A DNA stretch of 32,000 nucleotides from Candidatus Methylomirabilis limnetica (lineage in GTDB: Bacteria; Methylomirabilota; Methylomirabilia; Methylomirabilales; Methylomirabilaceae), in contig NZ_NVQC01000007.1 in assembly GCF_003044035.1 (NCBI RefSeq), forward strand, positions 25,454 to 57,453, in the 5' to 3' direction. Shown here piece by piece: positions 14,972-23,354 of the stretch (the first letter of the stretch is position 1; each line of letters begins with the position of its first letter). The notes beneath the pieces are model-generated. The model searched no databases, was not told the DNA's origin, and saw only the letters and a list, made by a program, of their open reading frames with translations. The translations under genes and the position numbers were made by a program.

Positions 14972-16095
14972 CGGGGATGAAAAGTTCCCCAGAGGGGCAC
15001 GCCCTCCTTAGGATACTCCGGGCCTCGCTGTCTGAGGCCTCTTCAGATCCGGCAATCGTCCTCTCCGCTCTCGACTGGTCCCTGCTCCAGCGATTGGTCC
15101 GCCACCACCGGGTCGGACCGCTCCTCTCATACAGCCTGCGCCGGTCCCGGATTCGTGGGATCCCAGACTGGCTACGATCGGAATGGGAGGCGCAACGCCG
15201 TGAGACGGTCGCCACCGCCCTGTACCACGTGCAGGCCCTAGGGGAGCTGGCGGGACTGTTCGAGGCTCGTGACATCCCATTCATCCTCCTGAAGGGCGAG
15301 GCCCTCTCGAAAACATGCTATCCGGATGAAGGGCTGCGGCCCTACAGCGACATCGATCTCCTCATCAAAGAGGGCTCCTACGAGACGGCAAAGGCTGCGC
15401 TGACAGAGTGTGGGTTTGGCCTAAGGTACCCGCACCTCGAGACCGAGAAGCGCGAGTTGTTTGGGGAGGTTGAGTTCGATCGGCAAGGTCCAAGAACGCT
15501 GACGGTGGATCTCCACTGGGATACCCTCATGGCCTCCTGGGGGCCACCATCCCTTTTGAGCGGTACAGAAGCATGGAGCGTCGCTGAGCAGATCCAGATC
15601 GGGGGGCGACTCGTACCAATACTCGGAGGCGAGACTCTACTGCTCCACCTCTGTGTCCACTTTACATTCCACCACGCCTTTGACGGCCTAATTCTCCTGT
15701 GTGATCTTTTCCTGGTCCTCAGGCGGGAAGGTGGCCGGATCGACTGGGGTCGTCTCTTGCGGAAGGCTGATCGCTATCGGTGCCGCTACGCGGTCTACTA
15801 TGCCCTGACTTGCGTACAGTCGCTCCTGGGGGCCCACATCCCGTCCCCGATCCTAAAGAGACTGAGACCGGCGATTCCGGTTAGGCTCCTCATGCCGGTT
15901 ACTCAGTTGCTCCTACGGGATCGTCCGGTCCCTCAGTTGCTGGAACGCTATGTCAAGTTCCTCCTGATCGACGATCAGGCGGGCCGCTGGCGGGCTGCTC
16001 AGAGCTGGTGGGGGTCAAGCAAGCCGTGGCTGATCAAACGGAACCGCGCCTCGCGCCGTTCAGCTACTGTTGACATTACCGCACCCGGCGCATAG
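14968..16095 (+). CDS. Nucleotidyltransferase family protein (NTP_transf_5 type)
   Basis: 375 aa. IPFILLKGEALSKTCYPDEGLRPYSDIDLLIKEGSYETAKAALTECGF is the signature of the uncharacterised nucleotidyltransferase family seen next to HprK-like kinases. 4-nt overlap with the kinase gene. Confidence 0.75.
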   Translation: MTGMKSSPEGHALLRILRASLSEASSDPAIVLSALDWSLLQRLVRHHRVGPLLSYSLRRSRIRGIPDWLRSEWEAQRRETVATALYHVQALGELAGLFEARDIPFILLKGEALSKTCYPDEGLRPYSDIDLLIKEGSYETAKAALTECGFGLRYPHLETEKRELFGEVEFDRQGPRTLTVDLHWDTLMASWGPPSLLSGTEAWSVAEQIQIGGRLVPILGGETLLLHLCVHFTFHHAFDGLILLCDLFLVLRREGGRIDWGRLLRKADRYRCRYAVYYALTCVQSLLGAHIPSPILKRLRPAIPVRLLMPVTQLLLRDRPVPQLLERYVKFLLIDDQAGRWRAAQSWWGSSKPWLIKRNRASRRSATVDITAPGA

Positions 16096-16211
16096 GTTTA
16101 ACCCGACTTTTGCAGTTAACCTCATGCGTGAGCCTCTCTCGCAGTTCCTGACCTGCCGAGTCCCGTGGTTGACATCCTCTTTTACACGGATCGGGGCTCA
16201 TGCATCCCTCA

Positions 16212-17081
16212 TCAAGCGGGCGTCGACCTTTCCGTGCCTGCCGCCGTTGAAGGGGAGATAAAGAACGCTACGACATCCTCGCCCCCATCCACCCCGATCA
16301 CGTTACCTGTCATCCAGTAGGTCTCGGGGCGGCTCAAGGTGACGAGGATTTCGGCAATGTCCTCGGGCGTGGTGAGGCGGCCGGAGGGATTGAGCCGCAT
16401 CGCAGTTTCTACGATCTCCTGGCTTCCTGGGATCTTCCGGAGCGCTGGAGTATCGGTGACCCCTGCGCGGATAGCGTTCGCCGTAATCCCCATGGGGGCC
16501 AGCTCCATCGCGAGCTGCCGGATATGCGACTCCAGAGCCGCCTTGGCCGCCGAGACGGCCCCATAGCCGGCCCAGACCCGCCTCCCGCCAGAACTGGTCA
16601 TCGCGTACACCCGTCCACCGCGGACCATCAACTTTCGCGTCACCAGCTCCTGAACCCAATAGATGAGGCTGTGGGCCATCACACCCAGGGTCATATCCAT
16701 CTGGACCGAGGTGATGGCGTCCTTGGGCGAAAGGGCAACGAACGGCTTCAGGGTCCCGAAGGCGAGGGAGTGCAGCATCACATTCACCGCAGAGGACTCC
16801 CCTCGATCGGCCAGGATCTTCTCCATCTGATCCAGGACATCGCACCGCTTCTCTGAATCGGAGGCGTTCACGTTGAAAAAGACCGCTTCCCGCCCCGCGT
16901 GTTTGATCTCGCTGATGATCCGCTCGACATTCGGCATGGTTGCCTTGCGGTCCAGGTGTACGCCAAATATATGCATCCCTGCTTTCGCCAGAGCAAGGGA
17001 GGCGGCCCCACCGAAGCCGCTGGAGGCCCCAAGGATCAGGGCCCACCCCTGCAGTCCCGAACTCTGCGATTGCGTTGTCAT
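16212..17081 (-). CDS. SDR family oxidoreductase, enoyl-ACP reductase (FabL/FabI)-like
   Basis: 289 aa. GASSGFG nucleotide-binding motif and YGAVSAAKAALESHIRQLAMELAPMGITANAIRAG active-site region. Confidence 0.75.
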   Translation of the reverse strand: MTTQSQSSGLQGWALILGASSGFGGAASLALAKAGMHIFGVHLDRKATMPNVERIISEIKHAGREAVFFNVNASDSEKRCDVLDQMEKILADRGESSAVNVMLHSLAFGTLKPFVALSPKDAITSVQMDMTLGVMAHSLIYWVQELVTRKLMVRGGRVYAMTSSGGRRVWAGYGAVSAAKAALESHIRQLAMELAPMGITANAIRAGVTDTPALRKIPGSQEIVETAMRLNPSGRLTTPEDIAEILVTLSRPETYWMTGNVIGVDGGEDVVAFFISPSTAAGTERSTPA

Positions 17082-17595
17082 GCACTCCTCCGCGTCTGTT
17101 TTCTTTATATCTCAGGAATGACGGTTTCCGGAGATCTGTCGAACGGTACTGTCGTTTGACGCCGAGCTTCTATAAATATAGCGCAGCATCTCATCAGCAG
17201 ATGGAGCTTAGACTTCTTTTTGTCCTCTGTCAACCATGAATCAGACGTCTCTCCGCACTCAGAAGGTACCCCATGGGGGGAATGAAGGTGAGGGAGTACC
17301 AAGCATTGGACCTAACGCCTCCCCACCAAACTTGCACGCCCATGGACGCACCACTGGCGCATCGAGTATTACGAGAGAGCAACGCGGCTGAAGCAAACTC
17401 TTAGTTATGGCGGTGCGTGACTGGAGACATGAGGAAGGATCTAGATTCTCAAGAGCTTAGCAGAGAGTCCGATATCGTCCATGGTGTGCTTTCTGTCAAA
17501 GACTGGATGATACCCCGCTCGAATCCGATACGGCGACTGCCTCTAAGTCGTTACCTCCGCATGTAAGGGGTACCCACACTAAACTCGCAACACCC

Positions 17596-18075
17596 CTAAT
17601 CCTCAGCCTTTATAGCCGCGCTGGGCTCACGTTGGTCAGGATGTGGTGAGGGCTCATGTCGATTTGTAGATAGCAGGCCTAGCTGGTACATCAGCCCAAG
17701 GAAGTCGTGCTGTGCCCATCGCTCTATGATCTTCCCTCCCTCGAAACGGTAGATGACAATACCGGTCATCTCTAACCGCTTTCCAGTTGGCGGGACACCA
17801 AAGAGTTCGCCTGTATGCATTCCAGCCGCTGTCATTCGGACCACCACCCGGTCTCCCTCGGCAATCAGATCGTGAATAACGGGGTTGCCCTCTGGGGCCG
17901 CGGACGCAAAAGCTCTGAACGTCTGCTTGATCGCTTCAAGTCCGGGCTTGAGACCGGGGATCGGCGGTGGATCGTGGTAGACAAGATCGGGGGAGAAGAA
18001 CTCATCCATTGCCGAGAATTTGAACCCCTCGTCGTAGAGGCGACGCACTAGACGCTTGTTGTCTTCCGTCGACAT
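17596..18075 (-). CDS. SnoaL-like ester cyclase family protein
   Basis: 159 aa. NKRLVRRLYDEGF...DLVYHD...GLEAIKQTFRAF...VVVRMTAAGMHTGELFGVPPTGKRLEMTGIVIYRFEGGKIIERW is typical of predicted ester cyclases. Confidence 0.7.
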   Translation of the reverse strand: MSTEDNKRLVRRLYDEGFKFSAMDEFFSPDLVYHDPPPIPGLKPGLEAIKQTFRAFASAAPEGNPVIHDLIAEGDRVVVRMTAAGMHTGELFGVPPTGKRLEMTGIVIYRFEGGKIIERWAQHDFLGLMYQLGLLSTNRHEPSPHPDQREPSAAIKAED

Positions 18076-18204
18076 CTGACACCTCCTACATTGCTGTTGT
18101 ATGCGCGGGGCTAAGCGCCGCGCCTATCTGGGGCCTAACCAGTTATTGCGGATTGCTTTTCAGTCAAACAGAAAGTTTTTAGTGAGTCAAGGGATAAATT
18201 GAGA

Positions 18205-18363
18205 GTAACCATTCAGTTACGGGTGGAAAAATCTCCCCTAGCCCCTCTTTTCCAAAGAGGGGGACTACCCGTTTCCCCCTTTGAAGAAGGGGGATTAAGG
18301 GGGATTTTATAAAAACCTACCACATTTTATTTAATGATTTCCCCCCTATCACTGAATGGTTAC
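18205..18363. mobile_element. MITE copy 1 (159 bp, 13-bp perfect TIRs, 8-bp TSD AATTGAGA)
   Basis: TIR GTAACCATTCAGT 18205-18217 / ACTGAATGGTTAC 18351-18363. Direct repeats AATTGAGA lie at 18197-18204 and 18364-18371. The interior is nearly identical to the reverse complement of 31695-31862. Confidence 0.85.
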
Positions 18364-18464
18364 AATTGAGAAGGGCGATACGTTGACAACCTGCATGCGG
18401 AAAGTTATGATGGTGATCTTCTAATCGAACGAAACGTGAACCGTTTCCTGCACTGGAGGGAGCA

Positions 18465-18773
18465 ATGATTGTCGTAACTAACAGAGTGCCTGTCACAAAG
18501 GGGTATGAAAAGGAGTTCGAGAAGCGATTCGACCACCGCTTAAGCGTTGTAGAGCGTAAGCCGGGATTCATCCGAAACGAGATTCTACGGCCTATCCTGG
18601 GCGATTATTACATCCTCCTGACCCATTGGGAGAGCCGGGAGACGTTCGAGGCCTGGACCCAGAGTGAAGAGTTCAAGCAGGTCCACAGCAACCTGGCGCC
18701 TAAGGAGATGTGCCCCGGTCCCAACGGCTTCGAGATGCACGAGGTCATCCTGGTGTCAGAGAAGAAGCCATAG
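18465..18773 (+). CDS. Antibiotic biosynthesis monooxygenase (ABM) domain protein
   Basis: 102 aa. MIVVTNRVPVTKGYEKEFEKRF...GFIRNEILRP...YYILLTHWESRETFEAWTQSEEFKQVH is an IsdG/ABM-like ferredoxin-fold signature. Confidence 0.75.
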   Translation: MIVVTNRVPVTKGYEKEFEKRFDHRLSVVERKPGFIRNEILRPILGDYYILLTHWESRETFEAWTQSEEFKQVHSNLAPKEMCPGPNGFEMHEVILVSEKKP

Positions 18774-18799
18774 GGACAGATCTGTGTGCCAGCCCAGAT

Positions 18800-18823
18800 G
18801 GGGCGAACGTATAGGTTCGCCCC
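18800..18823. repeat. REP hairpin between convergent genes (possible bidirectional terminator)
   Basis: Perfect 9-bp stem GGGGCGAAC 18800-18808 / GTTCGCCCC 18815-18823, followed by TAC. It belongs to the same family as 5452-5476 and 2924-2948. Confidence 0.6.
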
Positions 18824-18892
18824 TACATTGAGGAAAGAAAACGCGGGGGGACGTTTGGCACAACGACCTGTTGAGGGGCTGCACTCCAGTGG

Positions 18893-20665
18893 TCAGTACT
18901 GCAACTCATAGAGCCGGCTGTAGAGCCCGCCGTTGGCCAGCAATTCCTGATGGGTTCCTTCCTCCCGGATGCGCCCCTTGTGCAGGACGATGATCCGATC
19001 GACGAACTGGATTGTCGAGAGGCGGTGGGCAATGATCAGGGCGGTCCGCCCGACCAGCAGCGCTCTCAGGGCATCCTGGATCAGCAACTCCGTTGCCGTG
19101 TCCACCGAACTGGTCGCCTCGTCCATGATCAGGATCGGTCTGTCGAAGGCCAGAGCCCTGGCGAAAGAGAGAAGCTGGCGTTCGCCCTGGGAGAGCGTAG
19201 AGCCACGCTCCTCCACGACGGCGTGCAAACCGCCGGGCAGCCGATCGATAAAGCCCTGGGCGTGAACGCGTCGCACCGCTTCGACCATCTGCGCTTCTGA
19301 AATAGCAGGATCGCCGAGACTGATATTGCGGGCGATATCTCCGGAGAAGAGAAAGACGTCCTGTAGCACTAACCCCAGGTGCCGACGTAACGTCCGCTTG
19401 TCCCATTCCCGCACGTCGATGCCATCGATGCGAACGCTGCCGCTCTGGACGTCATAGAACCGGCAGAGGGCCGAGATGATCGAGGTCTTCCCGGCGCCAG
19501 TGGCGCCGACCAAGGCCACCTTTTCGCCAGGGGCCACCCGCAGGGAGATCCCCTTGAGAACCGGCTCGCCGACTGCGTAGGAGAGCCAGACATCCCTGAA
19601 CTCGATCTCACCGCGCAGGCGAAGCGGGTGGGTGGGTGTAGCAGGTCCCGCCAGCGATTCCTGCACATCAAGCAGCTTGAATACCCGTTCGCTCGATGCC
19701 ATCGCCGCCTGCAAAATGTTGTACTTCTCCGCCAGATCGCGGATCGGCGCAAAAAGGCGGTTCACATACTGGACAAAGGCGATGATGACGCCAGGGAGAA
19801 CCTGTTCGTCGAGGATCATGGCGCCGCCCACCCAGAGCACGATGCCGACGGTGATAGCGCTGAAGAGCTCGATTGAGGGGAAGAAGACCGCATTGTACTG
19901 GATGCTCTGGAGCAACGCATCCCGATGCTGGGCGTTGATCTCTTTGAACCTGCGGAAGTGACGCGCCTCCTGACCGAAGGCCTGGATGGTGGCCATACCG
20001 GAGATGTTCTCCTGGAGAAACGCATTCATCCGGGCCAGGATCCGTCGGCTGTCGCGGTAGTTCTCGCGCGCCCGTTTGCGATAGGCAGCCGTCGCGGGCA
20101 GGATAAACGGGAAGGTCGCGAACGAGATCACGGCCAGACGCCAATCCAACGCCAACATGGCTACCGCGACCCCGATCAGCATCAGCAGATCGCCCAGCAG
20201 CGCGACCATCCCCGATCCGAACAGCTCGTTCAGGGTCTCCACATCGTTGATGACCCTGGTCATAAGCCGGCCAACCGGATTCCTGTCGAAGAAGGCGAGA
20301 TCCTGTCGTTGCACGTGGGTGAAGAGTTGCGTCCGCAGGTCATGCATGGCTCGCTGGCCGGTAGACTGCATGGTGTAGCTCTGGGCGTATTGGGACAGGA
20401 ACCCGATGAGGACAGTGACCAGGTAGGCCAGGACTGCGAGGTTCAGACCATGCAGGTCGTGGGCGGCGATATGGGTATCAATAGCAACCTTCGTGATATA
20501 CGGCCCGAGCAGTTGCATCCCTGTGGTCAGGAACAGGAGCAGGAGGGAGACCACGACCCACCACCGATACGGCGCAAGGTATCTGAGCAGCCGCCGCATC
20601 AGTTGGCCATCGTAGGCTTTGCCCAGCAACTCCTCGTCCTGATGACCCTGCTCTTCCTTCATCAC
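18893..20665 (-). CDS. ABC transporter permease/ATP-binding protein (exporter half-transporter, subunit 2)
   Basis: 590 aa. Six-TM exporter domain plus an NBD with Walker A GATGAGKTS, signature LSQGERQ and Walker B ILIMDEATS. ATGA overlap with the upstream partner. Confidence 0.9.
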   Translation of the reverse strand: MMKEEQGHQDEELLGKAYDGQLMRRLLRYLAPYRWWVVVSLLLLFLTTGMQLLGPYITKVAIDTHIAAHDLHGLNLAVLAYLVTVLIGFLSQYAQSYTMQSTGQRAMHDLRTQLFTHVQRQDLAFFDRNPVGRLMTRVINDVETLNELFGSGMVALLGDLLMLIGVAVAMLALDWRLAVISFATFPFILPATAAYRKRARENYRDSRRILARMNAFLQENISGMATIQAFGQEARHFRRFKEINAQHRDALLQSIQYNAVFFPSIELFSAITVGIVLWVGGAMILDEQVLPGVIIAFVQYVNRLFAPIRDLAEKYNILQAAMASSERVFKLLDVQESLAGPATPTHPLRLRGEIEFRDVWLSYAVGEPVLKGISLRVAPGEKVALVGATGAGKTSIISALCRFYDVQSGSVRIDGIDVREWDKRTLRRHLGLVLQDVFLFSGDIARNISLGDPAISEAQMVEAVRRVHAQGFIDRLPGGLHAVVEERGSTLSQGERQLLSFARALAFDRPILIMDEATSSVDTATELLIQDALRALLVGRTALIIAHRLSTIQFVDRIIVLHKGRIREEGTHQELLANGGLYSRLYELQY

Positions 20666-22434
20666 CGTGCCACTCCATTATCGCTCAGGGCTTCAATCTC
20701 TCGAGTTAACAACTGTCGGCGATAAAGGCGGTAGTAGTGGCCACGCAAGGCCAGCAGCGCTTCGTGACTACCCCGCTCCACGATCCGACCATCCTTCAGG
20801 TAGATAATCTGGTCAGCCGCCATGACCGTCGAGATCCGGTGTGAGATCAGGATCGCAGTCCGCCCCCGCATGAACCCTTTCAACTGTTCAAGTATCCGTT
20901 CCTCAGTCTCAGTGTCTACGCTGGAGAAGGCGTCGTCCAGGATCAGGATGGGCGAATTCTTGATGATAGCCCGAGCCAGCGCCGTTCGTTGTTTCTGTCC
21001 GCCGGACAACCTCACCCCTCGCTCCCCCAGCAGCGTCTCGAACTGGTCCGTAAACCCCTGGATGCTGGGAGTTAATTGGGCGAGATCGGCCGCCATCTCT
21101 AACTCCTCCGATGTGGCGTCGCCGTTACCGAAGAGGATGTTTTCCCGGATCGTGTCGGAGAACAGAAAGATGTCCTGGGAGACGAAGCCGATAGCGTGCT
21201 TCAGGCTCTCCATGGGAAGCTGCTGGAGCTCGATGTCATCGATGAAAACGGTTCCGGGCGGCGACTCGTGCAGGCGCGGCAGGAGGCTCACCAACGTACT
21301 CTTCCCGGCGCCGGTCTCGCCCACCACCCCACACCAGGTGCCGGCCGGAATCGTGAGGGTAATCTCTTGCAAGGCGAGCGGCGCAGAGGGGGCATAGCGG
21401 AAAGACAGGTTACGGAACTCGATCTTGCCGCGCAACTCTGAGACCTGCCAAGTCCCTGGTGTTTGATATCCCGCCGCAACCGGCGCATCCAGGATCTCCA
21501 CGAGGCGCGCCAGCGCGGCCGAACCGCGCTGATAGAGTGTGATCACGTACCCGATCGCCATCATGGGCCAGGTGAGTATGCCCAGGTACCCGTAGAAGCC
21601 GGCCAGTTCCCCGAGGGACATTGTTTGCATGGCAACCTGGCGGCCGCCGAGCCACAAAACGACCGTGGCTGCCAAACCGGATAGAAAACTCGTTACCGGC
21701 CAGAAATATCCCCAGCGCTTGACCAGATCGAGGTTCTTGACCCGATACTCCTGACTCAACCTGTCGAAATGCCGCTGTTGGTTCTCCTCTTGCGCATAGG
21801 CCTGGACAACCCTGACGCCGGCCAGGTTCTCCTGGACAAATGTACTGAGAGTGCTGAGATGACGCTGGATATCCCGATACCGATTAAAGATGCGGTTGCC
21901 GGAAACAAGCATAAGGACGGTGATGCCTGGCAGAGGTAGGAGGCTCCACAGCGTAAGCCACGGATCGATGATCACCATCAGCACGAGACTGGCGGACATC
22001 ATCAGGACGGCGTCGATCGTGGCCATGGCCCCCATCCCCAGCATCTCGCGGAGGGAGACCATATCGTTGGTCATCCGCGACATCAGGTCACCGGTCTTGG
22101 TGTGGGTGAAGTAACTGAGCGGCAGGCGCTGCAGGTGAGCAAAGATCGCATTTCTGAAATCCCACTCGATGTGCCTCGAGAACCCGAATACGTGAGTCCT
22201 CCAGAAGTAGCGGAAGATCACTTGAAAGCCGGCGGCCAGCACAATCAGGGCAGGGTACTTCCAGGGGGCGATAGCCACCCCTGGACCGGCCAGGAAGGTG
22301 TCCAGGGCGTCCTTGGTCAGCCACGGGATGGCCAGCCCGCACAGGTCAGTCATGACCAGCGCAGCGAGGCCAATGAACAGGAACCGACGGTGCTGGTACA
22401 GGTACGGTCGAAGCCGGGTGAACTTTTTAAAAAT
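20662..22434 (-). CDS. ABC transporter permease/ATP-binding protein (exporter half-transporter, subunit 1), probable ATT start
   Basis: The track ORF (ATG 22353) begins in the middle of TM1. The frame stays open 27 codons further (IFKKFTRLRPYLYQHRRFLFIGLAALV), which is the canonical exporter N-terminus. No ATG/GTG/TTG is available there. ATT at 22432-22434 lies 6 nt downstream of a perfect GGAGG (22441-22445). NBD: GETGAGKST, LSGGQKQR, ILILDDAFS. Confidence 0.8.
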   Translation of the reverse strand: MFKKFTRLRPYLYQHRRFLFIGLAALVMTDLCGLAIPWLTKDALDTFLAGPGVAIAPWKYPALIVLAAGFQVIFRYFWRTHVFGFSRHIEWDFRNAIFAHLQRLPLSYFTHTKTGDLMSRMTNDMVSLREMLGMGAMATIDAVLMMSASLVLMVIIDPWLTLWSLLPLPGITVLMLVSGNRIFNRYRDIQRHLSTLSTFVQENLAGVRVVQAYAQEENQQRHFDRLSQEYRVKNLDLVKRWGYFWPVTSFLSGLAATVVLWLGGRQVAMQTMSLGELAGFYGYLGILTWPMMAIGYVITLYQRGSAALARLVEILDAPVAAGYQTPGTWQVSELRGKIEFRNLSFRYAPSAPLALQEITLTIPAGTWCGVVGETGAGKSTLVSLLPRLHESPPGTVFIDDIELQQLPMESLKHAIGFVSQDIFLFSDTIRENILFGNGDATSEELEMAADLAQLTPSIQGFTDQFETLLGERGVRLSGGQKQRTALARAIIKNSPILILDDAFSSVDTETEERILEQLKGFMRGRTAILISHRISTVMAADQIIYLKDGRIVERGSHEALLALRGHYYRLYRRQLLTREIEALSDNGVAR

Positions 22435-22641
22435 CTTACGCCTCCGTGTTCAGGTACGGGTGGGTCAGAGCAGTCAGCGAAATAATTGTACGTCAGCCCA
22501 AACCCCGTGTAAAGGCATTGTAGGCAGCAATGGCCTTAGGTTACGCTGCGATTAACTAACGGGATTGAGACCTGTGGCGGGTTAGCGTCAGATGCCCTCT
22601 TCGAGGACGTTCTTGGGGATGGTAGAATCCGCTCCGCTCGA

Positions 22642-23352
22642 TCAGCAGGGTAGGACAGGCAGGATCGGCAGGCGATTTAGCACTTGGCGATGGAACTTCC
22701 ACGTGGGCATGAATCGGTCCATTAGCGCGACGAAACGGGCGTTATGGGTCGGTTCCAGCAGGTGAACCAGTTCGTGAACGACAATGTATTCGAGGCACTC
22801 CGCCGGCTTCTTGGTTAGCTCGGTGTTGAGGCGAATCGTGCGCGCCTTGTGGTTGCAGCTCCCCCACCTGGTCTTCATCCGTCGCACGAACAACCGCTCC
22901 ACTCTCACGCCCAGCAGCGGCTGCCATCGCGCGAGCAATGGCGACACAGCCTCCTTCAACTGCTCTCGATACCATTCCTCTACGAGCGCCCTCCTCTTGT
23001 CTTCATCTGATCGCGGTCGCACCCGCAGATGCATGCAGCCGTGCTTCACCTCGATTGAGGGTGGCTCATCGCTCTCGGAAACGGTAAGCAAGTAGCGCTC
23101 GCCCCACACGTAGTGGCTTTCCCGCTCCACGTATTCCCGAGGCGTTTCGCGTTCCTGCTCCCGCAGCCTCGTCTGCTGCTGCTTGATCCAGTCCAACTTC
23201 GAGATGGCGAAGAAGCGGATCGTGTCGATGCTCATGCGCTTCGGGGCCGAGATGCGGACGCGGCCCATCGGGGGATGGACGCTGAGATGAACGTTTTTGA
23301 TGTCCTTCAGGACCACGTCCACCGCGATGTCACCCAGATTGATCTGCGACAT
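22642..23352 (-). CDS. YgjP-like M48-family zinc metallopeptidase (DUF45)
   Basis: WGSCNHKARTIRLNTELTKKPAECLEYIVVHELVHLLEPTHNARF contains HExxH. This gene commonly follows hsdR in type I R-M loci. The start is taken at ATG 23352 (MSQINLG...); the track uses TTG 23358. Confidence 0.8.
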   Translation of the reverse strand: MSQINLGDIAVDVVLKDIKNVHLSVHPPMGRVRISAPKRMSIDTIRFFAISKLDWIKQQQTRLREQERETPREYVERESHYVWGERYLLTVSESDEPPSIEVKHGCMHLRVRPRSDEDKRRALVEEWYREQLKEAVSPLLARWQPLLGVRVERLFVRRMKTRWGSCNHKARTIRLNTELTKKPAECLEYIVVHELVHLLEPTHNARFVALMDRFMPTWKFHRQVLNRLPILPVLPC

Positions 23353-23354
23353 CC

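Noticed and set aside
17082-17595. 514-bp intergenic region and 22486-22641, inspected for tRNA, sRNA or riboswitch signatures
   Set aside because: No T-loop (GGTTCGAATCC-type) or cloverleaf-compatible segments were seen, and no conserved riboswitch cores were recognisable by eye. This cannot be excluded without covariance-model searches (tRNAscan-SE, Infernal/Rfam).
19925-20725. 266-aa plus-strand ORF inside the ABC exporter gene (likewise 20822..21397, 16303..17085, 29540..30241, 30898..31530, 30394..30945)
   Set aside because: These are alternative-frame or antisense artefacts overlapping confidently assigned genes, with biased low-complexity composition.
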